A stretch of 34,616 nucleotides of DNA from Anaerolineales bacterium (GTDB taxonomy: Bacteria > Chloroflexota > Anaerolineae > Anaerolineales > Villigracilaceae): the NCBI GenBank assembly GCA_036261375.1, contig DATAKV010000157.1:1-34616 (forward strand). Direction: 5' to 3'. The notes beneath the pieces were generated by a model. The model ran no database searches. It was not told where the DNA came from and saw only the letters and a program-made list of their open reading frames with translations. Below are positions 28,016-34,616 of the stretch, one piece after another. Both the position numbers and the translations under genes were made by a program. Numbering within the stretch: position 1 is the first letter of the stretch; each line of letters begins with the position of its first letter.

Positions 28016-28391
28016 AATGGAGGGGCTTGATCCGGTAAATGATCCGTTTCTGTCCCGGGCGGTAGGTCCAGGGCTTATTGTAGTATTTGAGGGAGAGCTG
28101 GTTGATGTGCTCATCTGCACCTTCTCGGGAATATCCAACAACTTCACCGCGCATACCCAGGTAGCGATCCTGATTATCCGGGTCCTGAATCGTCATAGCC
28201 ACCCGGGGACGCGCTTTCATGTTTTTATCCTTGGTACGTCCTTCATTGGTGTTGACGAGGATGTGTTCGCCATCCGTACTGAACCAGACCGGGGTAACCT
28301 GGGGCGATCCGTCCGCCATGAGTGTTGCGAGATAGAGCAGGGCTTTCTTCTCCCCGTAAAGCAAATCGGAAAAATCAGTCGGAAAGGTCAT
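27996..28391 (-). CDS. PPOX-class F420-dependent oxidoreductase (split beta-barrel)
   Basis: LATLMADGSPQVTPVWF, GRTKDKNM...PRVAM, INQLSLKY. Confidence 0.9.
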   Translation of the reverse strand: MTFPTDFSDLLYGEKKALLYLATLMADGSPQVTPVWFSTDGEHILVNTNEGRTKDKNMKARPRVAMTIQDPDNQDRYLGMRGEVVGYSREGADEHINQLSLKYYNKPWTYRPGQKRIIYRIKPLHFDLHGD

Positions 28392-28740
28392 TTTCCACCA
28401 TCGGGTTGGGGATGAACAATGTGGGCATGTCGTTGTTGAATCCCAGTATCGTTTCGATATCTTCTTTTGTACAGCCGATCAAGAGTTTTGTTTCGGCATC
28501 GCGCTTGAGTTTATCAAACGTGCATAAGATTCCTGTTAGTGTTTTCTCTTCGCTCGAGCCGATCCATACATCGATGCCATCCCCGTCGCCGGCGGATGTC
28601 TTTTCGAGGTATCCATAGTCGAGCGGGTAGATCAGATCGGCATATCGGGGATGCGTAGTCCCTCTTGGTCGGTCGAGTACGACAGGAGTGGATGCGATCA
28701 ATTCGATCATGGCCCGCCAGTAAGCCGAGTCGGTTCCCAT
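28375..28740 (-). CDS. Small family-I-like inorganic pyrophosphatase
   Basis: DRPRG...HP, YPLDYGY, DGDGIDV (D-x-D-x-x-D motif), ETKL; only 121 aa. Confidence 0.75.
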   Translation of the reverse strand: MGTDSAYWRAMIELIASTPVVLDRPRGTTHPRYADLIYPLDYGYLEKTSAGDGDGIDVWIGSSEEKTLTGILCTFDKLKRDAETKLLIGCTKEDIETILGFNNDMPTLFIPNPMVENDLSD

Positions 28741-28744
28741 TTTT

Positions 28745-29512
28745 CTACCGGAAGAGGTCCTGGTCTTTCGGACGGATCAATTCTTTGAGCGAGCCTTCGC
28801 GAAGCGGATAGGGGAACCCGCGCACGTGGACAACCGGTGTGCCCTCCGCGGCCTGTCCCATCACCAGGGAAGCGGCCGCTGCCAGCTCATCCGCCGCGCC
28901 GACCTGGGTGATACGCAGGGTAAAGCTGAACAGGTCCGGCCGGCCGCGCAGATCCTCCAACCCGGGTACGCCGGCCATGCCGATCGCCACGCCAACCGTC
29001 CCATTGCGCCAGGCACGCCCGTGTGAGTCGATGATCAGAACGCCGACCCGTTTTCCAGTCCTGGACAGGATTTTGTCACGTAATTTTTCTGCGGAGTGGT
29101 CGGGGTTCGCAGGCAGGAGCAGGACCCACTCCTCGAGCGCATCCCCCAAACCTGCAACGTTGGAATGGTCGATGCCGGCATTAGCGCAGACGAAACCAAG
29201 CTTATGCTCCACGATGATGGTCCCGGTGCGGATGCGCAGGACTTCACTGCTTTCACACAGGATGAGCTCCACGAGGCGCGGATCCTTGCCGGTTTGTTCG
29301 CCCAGCTCGATCGCCCGCTGCGATGGGCTGACCGACACCAGATTTACAGCCCGGCCTTCTGCCTTGGAAACCACTTTCTGGGCAAAGACCAGAATATCGC
29401 CATCATCGATGGTCAGGTTGTTCAGTTGAATAGAATGGAGAACAAGATCCGCCAGGTCATCACCCTGGCGGATGAGAGGGATATGTTGCAGCGCTGTGAG
29501 GGTCAGGGACAT
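28745..29512 (-). CDS. cofE: Coenzyme F420-0:L-glutamate ligase
   Basis: IPLIRQGDDL, QKVVSKAEG, CANAGIDHSN, DSHGRAWRNG, ADELAAAA. Confidence 0.95.
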   Translation of the reverse strand: MSLTLTALQHIPLIRQGDDLADLVLHSIQLNNLTIDDGDILVFAQKVVSKAEGRAVNLVSVSPSQRAIELGEQTGKDPRLVELILCESSEVLRIRTGTIIVEHKLGFVCANAGIDHSNVAGLGDALEEWVLLLPANPDHSAEKLRDKILSRTGKRVGVLIIDSHGRAWRNGTVGVAIGMAGVPGLEDLRGRPDLFSFTLRITQVGAADELAAAASLVMGQAAEGTPVVHVRGFPYPLREGSLKELIRPKDQDLFR

Positions 29513-29561
29513 TCGTTTTCAGCTGTACACAGTCAAGAACCGGCCAAGTATTGCTGGTTTT

Positions 29562-30248
29562 CTAGGACTGTTTTTTATTTTCGGCGCCAGTGATCCGGAT
29601 CCCTGCGTGAGTGGAGCCGTACTGTTTATTGATGTTGATCAGCACACTGGTCAACCCTTCGACGACGACGGAGTTCTCGATCGGTCCGGCGTCCCAGCCG
29701 ATCAGCCCGGCTGCCTCGACGAGTTTCAACGCTTCGTGGCGGGCGCTCTTACTCGAGCCGGTGACCAGGACATCGCAGTCCACATCACCATCTTCAAGCA
29801 GGTGCTCGTGGGAGATGTTCTGAAAAGCCGCCACCACGTCCACGTCTTCCCCCAGAATCTCCTTTGCCTCCTGGGCAGCCGAGCCGGCCGAGGGCATCTG
29901 TACCTTGCTGACCTTCGGGGGCACAAGAGGCACGGTCACATCGATGAACAATTTGCCTTTCAGCGCATCCTTTATATTTTCGAGCGTTGTCCGGTGTGCA
30001 GAATACGGCACGGTCAGGACCACGATATTTGCCATCCTGGCGGCTTCCTCATTGCTCATTCCCACCACCGACCCCTGGCCCTCCATGATCTCGATGATCT
30101 CGGCTGCCGCCAGGATGGCCTTCTCCGGCGTCCGTGAGCCGATCAGGATCTGATAACCTGCCTTCGCCCAGCGGTAAGCCAGACCCTTGCCTTCCTTGCC
30201 AGTGCCGCCCAATACCGCGATGGACAGCATTAAGGTTTCCTTATCCAT
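29562..30248 (-). CDS. npdG: NADPH-dependent F420 reductase (Fno/NpdG)
   Basis: GGTGKEGKGLA, IGSR, TVPY, DVTVPL, SAAQE, AFQN, VEGLTSVLININ; AAAGGAG RBS before ATG 30248. Confidence 0.93.
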   Translation of the reverse strand: MDKETLMLSIAVLGGTGKEGKGLAYRWAKAGYQILIGSRTPEKAILAAAEIIEIMEGQGSVVGMSNEEAARMANIVVLTVPYSAHRTTLENIKDALKGKLFIDVTVPLVPPKVSKVQMPSAGSAAQEAKEILGEDVDVVAAFQNISHEHLLEDGDVDCDVLVTGSSKSARHEALKLVEAAGLIGWDAGPIENSVVVEGLTSVLININKQYGSTHAGIRITGAENKKQS

Positions 30249-30315
30249 GCATTCTCCTTTTTTCCAGATACAAACCCTGCGATGGTTTTTTGCCTGCCCT
30301 TCGCGAGGTTTATTT

Positions 30316-31665
30316 TCATTGTGCCAGGGTTTTCGCAACTTCGTTCTGGTACCGTTCCCAGACCTGCGGAGCGATCTCACGAGCTTTGGCTCCAATCGCC
30401 TGTTCGTCGAGGGTGAGCAGTTCACGGTCCTTCATCAGCACTTTTCCGCCAACGATCGTCGTTGTGACCATGCTGGGCTGGAAACCAAACACGATATGCC
30501 AGGGAAGGTTCCCGGCAGTGAGCGGCGTGTTGGGATGGTAGTCCACGAAAATAAGGTCTGCCGCCGCGCCGGGCTGCAGCTGCCCGATAGGCGTCTCCGG
30601 GAAGAAGACATGTGCCAGCGCAGCGTTGTTGTGCGCCGCCATTTGCTGGACGTCATAGCCGTTCATCCGGCGCGGGTCACGGTGATGGACTTTGTGCAGG
30701 AGATAAGCTGCCTTCCACTCCTCCCACATGGCGTTGGAGAAGCCATCGTTGCCCAGGCAGACCTTGACGCCCGCCCGCATCATCGACTCGATCGGTGCTA
30801 CACCGACGCCGTTGTTCATGTTCGAGCGCGGCTGGTGCGATAGCCAGGTACCGGTCTCGGCCAGGAGCTGTATCTCGCCCGCATCAAAGTGCACGCCGTG
30901 GGCGGTAACGGTCTTCGGCCCAAGAATACCAAACTTGTGTAGTCGGTCGATGACGCGCAGGCCGGTCTTGCCCAGGCTGTCATACTCGTCCGATTCGTGC
31001 TCGGCGGTGTGGACGTGAAAGCCCACTCCCTCGGGCACCGCGTCGCGGCACATCTCAAGTGAGGAGTCTGAGAGCGTCAGCCCGGCGTGCAGACCGAAGG
31101 TCCCGGCCAGAAGCGGGCTTTTCGTACGGTCGAGAAAGCGGACATTCTCCCGGATCCCCGCTTTCATTTTCTCTTCCCCATCACGGTCGGTCACTTCATA
31201 ACAAAGCACGGCGCGCAAGCCAGACGATTCGACCGCTTCGGCGATGATGTCCAGTGAGCCATCGATCGCATTGGGGGAGGCATGATGATCGATCAATGTG
31301 GTGGTCCCGTGTTTGATCGCATCCACCAGGCAGGGCAGAACGGAATACTCGATGCTCTCGGCATCCAGCGAGCGGTCCAGCGGCCACCACAGCTTTTGCA
31401 GGATTTCCGGGAAGTCTTTGGGCGAAGGGCCAGGAATGGCCATGCCGCGGGCATACGCGCCATAAAAGTGCGTGTGGGCACAGATGCTGCCGGGCATCAC
31501 GTACTGTCCACGTGCGTCCAGTTGTTCCTCTTCAGGATATTTTTCCTGAAGCTCGCGGGTTGGGCCGGTTTCTTTGATGCGTTCGTTATCGACGAGAAGA
31601 GTCTGGTTGTTTAGGACGCGGTTTTCCGCCTCCCAGGTGATGAGGGTTGCGTTTGTGATGAGCAT
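30316..31665 (-). CDS. ssnA: SsnA-type metal-dependent aminohydrolase
   Basis: CAHTHFYGAYARG, ILQKLWWPLD, IDHHASP, YEVTDRDG, FGLHA, HVHTAE, PRSNMNNGVG, LGNDG. Confidence 0.87.
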   Translation of the reverse strand: MLITNATLITWEAENRVLNNQTLLVDNERIKETGPTRELQEKYPEEEQLDARGQYVMPGSICAHTHFYGAYARGMAIPGPSPKDFPEILQKLWWPLDRSLDAESIEYSVLPCLVDAIKHGTTTLIDHHASPNAIDGSLDIIAEAVESSGLRAVLCYEVTDRDGEEKMKAGIRENVRFLDRTKSPLLAGTFGLHAGLTLSDSSLEMCRDAVPEGVGFHVHTAEHESDEYDSLGKTGLRVIDRLHKFGILGPKTVTAHGVHFDAGEIQLLAETGTWLSHQPRSNMNNGVGVAPIESMMRAGVKVCLGNDGFSNAMWEEWKAAYLLHKVHHRDPRRMNGYDVQQMAAHNNAALAHVFFPETPIGQLQPGAAADLIFVDYHPNTPLTAGNLPWHIVFGFQPSMVTTTIVGGKVLMKDRELLTLDEQAIGAKAREIAPQVWERYQNEVAKTLAQ

Positions 31666-31667
31666 GA

Positions 31668-34220
31668 TCAGCCTAAGCCAAACTGGTTGGGATGGGGAAT
31701 GGGAACGCCATTGGCGGCGATCTCCTCGAGTGCATAGAAGGATGCCTCGCGCACTTCGGGATCTTCGCCGTACATACCGTTGTACAGGGCGCCAATAATG
31801 CCTTCATTGGCGACACGTTTAAGATAGGGCAGGGCGGCAAGCCGTTCCTCGGTGTCACCGACCTTGTAAGCACTCAGCAGTACATCGGTGGCGGGTCCGC
31901 CGCGCGGCACGCCCATGCCCTGCTTGCCGGCGAACTGGATGAGCCACGGCGACTCGGAGGGCGTCTTGAGGCGGTGCGGCACTCGCGGGTCGATGTGCGA
32001 TTTCTGTTCCAGATACTGGTTCGCCAGGTTGCGGACCGCCCATTGATCGTCCTCCACCTGCATGCGTTGAAGGGTCTCGACCGCCCAGGGCTCATGGATG
32101 CGGGCCAGACCGTGAACGACGGCGCGGCGCAGCATGATATCTGCCAGGGAGGCGCCTTCCTTGAGCATGGCATGCCCTTCCGTGGGATCGTTTGCCATGG
32201 CTTCGGCGGCGGCCCGGCGCAGTTCATCGTCGCCCTGCAGGAGGGCACGGGCAACAGCCTCGAGCGATTTTTCAGTACCGATCGCCACCAGGGCGAGACA
32301 GGTAGCCCGGCGTACCGCACCGACAGGTGCCTGCAAAATCTCTTCAAGGGCGCCAACGGCTTTAGCGTCCTGTAAGGCGCCGCTGCCGAGCGCGGCAAGT
32401 GGCAGCACCTCAAAGGAGCGCGAACCGAGCAGCTGGCGGAAGAGGGTCGCGGCACCGGGGTCGCCGCTGGCAACGAATGCCGCCATTGCCTGGCTTCGCA
32501 GGGCTGTCGGCTGGCCTTCCGCCTGAAGAATGGTCAGAAGTGCAGCAAATACCTTTCCACGCCAGGCGGCTTCCCTGGGGGCATCACGCAGCCAGCGGGA
32601 AACGGTAAAGGCCTGGGCATGCAGCGGGATATCCGATTGTTTCAGCAGAATATCGGCCACGGTAGATGCGTCGCCCCGCGCTGCAAGATAGCGCAGGGAG
32701 AGCGTTTTTCCATCCCATTCGGGCTGGGCCAATAAAGTGGCATCGGCATCGTTGTCTCCGATCGCCTGTCCGGAGAGGTAACCGTTCAGGACCGGATGCA
32801 GGAAACGCATGCGGTTGTTCGGGTGCTGGACCAAAAGTCCGCTGTCGACCATTTTACTGAGCAGGCCATAAGTGGGTACCGCCTCGCTTGCCCGCGATTT
32901 CTTGATGCGTATCTTTTGCGAGTCGGTCAACGGGATGGGCTCGCCATCCGGCGACAATGTGACAGCCTCCGCACTTTCGATTGGCTTATCATCGACAATG
33001 TCATATTGCTTCACCCAGGCACGCGCTTTGCGCGGGTCGAAGATGGGCTGGCAGGTCAGGACCACCTGCATCGCCAGCAATTCCAACGCGGCCACCGGTG
33101 TTCCACCAGGGGCGAGACGCCGGACGTGGGTGGCGATCGCGTCGAGGACGCGCGGTCCCAGGCTGTCTCCTGCATAAGCGCCCCATACTTTAAGGGTTAA
33201 TTCCAGGGGAGAGAGCCCCTGGTTGTCGGTCATGAGCCAGGCATTGATGAGGGTTGGGTCGACCCGCTTGGATTCCGCTTCGGCAGACTCCTCTGCCACA
33301 ACCGTCCGTGACCAGAGCTCGCCCCACTGCTGGATAAACCGTGTAGTCGCGGCAATATCCCAGCCGATCAGAGCCAGGGGATCGAATCCGATGGTAAGCA
33401 ATCCGTTTAATTGATTGGCGCAGCCCGTGGTCACGATCCGTATATTGGGATAGGCCTCGATCAAGGCCTTGAACCAATCCACCACGTCACGTTGCGACTG
33501 CGGATCGAGCTCATCATAGCCATCGATGAGCACCAGGGCTCTCCCCGTTTTAAACGTTTGTTGGATAAAACCGGGCAGACGCCGCAGATCGAACATCGGC
33601 GCATCTTCACTGGCGATGTTCACGATCACGTTGATCGGGTCGCGGGAGGAGTCGAACGGAAGCTGCAGGTCGGCGACATGATACAAAAAAGGGACCGCTT
33701 CCAGGTCCGAGTTCGAATCCAACCGGACCCGAAGGTTGGCGGCTTGCGAGGCGAGGTGGGCGAGAGCGACAGTCTTGCCTGTGCCCGCTGCTCCGACGAT
33801 CACCAGGTTCGACCCACCTTCCACGGCCTGCGAGAGGCCCAATGTCGGCGCACGGTAGATTGCAGCCAGCTCCGGCCAGGCAGGCATGTAGGGGAGCGTC
33901 TGAGAAATAATATCTTCTTGGATCCCGATCACACCCGGTTCCACCCGCGCCGGCGGAGCTAAAAGGCGGGGTTCCTGCAGGATCTCGTCCAGTGAAAACA
34001 GCGAAGCGGCCAGGTGCATCCCCTGTGCCCGGCGCAGGGTCAGGCGGCGATGGTTGTCTTCCAGGCCAGAAGTGCGCCTGTTCTGGGCGGTCTGCTGCTG
34101 TTCCCGGGCGTTCGCCCGCCACTGGCCCCACAGCGGGCGGATCCGGCTCAGCAGCCAGGTGAACAGGATGCCGACGATAAAGCCAACGCCAAAGGAGAGG
34201 GGATCAAGCAGAAAGCGCAT
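31668..34220 (-). CDS. Membrane-anchored NACHT-like P-loop NTPase with C-terminal HEAT repeats
   Basis: N-terminal TM (FGVGFIVGILFTWLL), Walker A GAAGTGKT, Walker B LVLIDGYDE, IVTT strand, SPLEL, FLHP, and several VRxAA-type HEAT repeats. Confidence 0.8.
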   Translation of the reverse strand: MRFLLDPLSFGVGFIVGILFTWLLSRIRPLWGQWRANAREQQQTAQNRRTSGLEDNHRRLTLRRAQGMHLAASLFSLDEILQEPRLLAPPARVEPGVIGIQEDIISQTLPYMPAWPELAAIYRAPTLGLSQAVEGGSNLVIVGAAGTGKTVALAHLASQAANLRVRLDSNSDLEAVPFLYHVADLQLPFDSSRDPINVIVNIASEDAPMFDLRRLPGFIQQTFKTGRALVLIDGYDELDPQSQRDVVDWFKALIEAYPNIRIVTTGCANQLNGLLTIGFDPLALIGWDIAATTRFIQQWGELWSRTVVAEESAEAESKRVDPTLINAWLMTDNQGLSPLELTLKVWGAYAGDSLGPRVLDAIATHVRRLAPGGTPVAALELLAMQVVLTCQPIFDPRKARAWVKQYDIVDDKPIESAEAVTLSPDGEPIPLTDSQKIRIKKSRASEAVPTYGLLSKMVDSGLLVQHPNNRMRFLHPVLNGYLSGQAIGDNDADATLLAQPEWDGKTLSLRYLAARGDASTVADILLKQSDIPLHAQAFTVSRWLRDAPREAAWRGKVFAALLTILQAEGQPTALRSQAMAAFVASGDPGAATLFRQLLGSRSFEVLPLAALGSGALQDAKAVGALEEILQAPVGAVRRATCLALVAIGTEKSLEAVARALLQGDDELRRAAAEAMANDPTEGHAMLKEGASLADIMLRRAVVHGLARIHEPWAVETLQRMQVEDDQWAVRNLANQYLEQKSHIDPRVPHRLKTPSESPWLIQFAGKQGMGVPRGGPATDVLLSAYKVGDTEERLAALPYLKRVANEGIIGALYNGMYGEDPEVREASFYALEEIAANGVPIPHPNQFGLG

Positions 34221-34243
34221 TCAATTCAACCAAGAGGGTGGAG

Positions 34244-34615
34244 TTAATTTGCATAAAGGATCCGGCCGCAGGAGGGACAAAAAGACAGTTGGCTTGTCGA
34301 GCGTGCATTCTGCTGCTGGGATGGGGTCAGTGTGGTACCGCATGCCGAGCAGGAACTATCGCTGATGGTTGTGACGGCGAGTCCGCGCCGCTGTTTGCGT
34401 AGCTGGTCATACACCCCCAGGGCTTGAGACGCCACGTTCTGCATCACGGCATTGCGCTCGGAGGAGTAACGCTCGAGATCCCGGTTCAGGGTCGTGCTCT
34501 CCTCGGCCAGATCACGGAACTGATCGCCGCGGCTGGCCCTGACCTGTTCCAGAGCTGCTTTCGCCTGCTCCAGCTCCTTTTCCGCCTGTTCGGCGGCCTC
34601 CATGGCTTCGAGCTG
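34244..34615 (-). CDS. Coiled-coil protein with C4-type zinc ribbon (DUF164-like), 5'-truncated by the window
   Basis: Coiled coil, YDQLRKQRRGLAV, CSACG...CPSCGRILY; frame is open to the window edge. Confidence 0.85.
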   Translation of the reverse strand, partial: QLEAMEAAEQAEKELEQAKAALEQVRASRGDQFRDLAEESTTLNRDLERYSSERNAVMQNVASQALGVYDQLRKQRRGLAVTTISDSSCSACGTTLTPSQQQNARSTSQLSFCPSCGRILYAN

Positions 34616-34616
34616 G

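Noticed and set aside
28016-28147. Ser/Thr-rich N-terminal extension of the nitroreductase
   Set aside because: It is an alternative frame of the PPOX gene; the TTG at 28015 is the more plausible start.
30249-30425. Long N-terminal extension of NpdG (likewise for the esterase, selA and kinase ORFs)
   Set aside because: Longest-ORF artefacts; RBS or -10 positions and family N-termini support the later starts.
1-34616. Selenoproteins (in-frame UGA), CRISPR arrays, IS elements, prophage genes
   Set aside because: All called genes appear full length without UGA read-through; no regularly spaced direct repeats, transposases, integrases or phage genes were seen by eye.

Overview
A gene-dense chromosomal window. 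The gene set and intergenic repeat style suggest Chloroflexota (Anaerolineae-like); this is an inference. No transposase, integrase, CRISPR array, tRNA or rRNA was found. Left third: end of an ATP-grasp gene, esterase, nitroreductase/DUF2007 pair, tungsten-type aldehyde:ferredoxin oxidoreductase, membrane protein + selA, and M24 peptidase + tsaD converging on prfA-agmatinase-prmC-tsaC. Middle: uvrC + single-domain receiver, Yip1 protein, membrane Ser/Thr kinase, CinA-C/PncC, and a four-gene glucosylglycerate/mannosylglucosylglycerate-type operon (GH13_18 phosphorylase, two GT4s, USP-GpgS fusion). Right 10 kb: one minus-strand run of zinc-ribbon protein, TM-NACHT-HEAT protein, ssnA, npdG, cofE, small pyrophosphatase, PPOX F420 enzyme, FbiE-like nitroreductase, cofD, cofC and an LLM oxidoreductase, with no Fo synthase. 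Best leads: (1) a possible F420-dependent purine-ring reduction pathway built around SsnA; (2) a candidate ~60-nt sRNA whose 5' end is complementary over 14 nt to the npdG ribosome-binding site; (3) the USP-GpgS compatible-solute operon; (4) the membrane-anchored NACHT-HEAT protein. All product calls come from motif recognition, not database searches.
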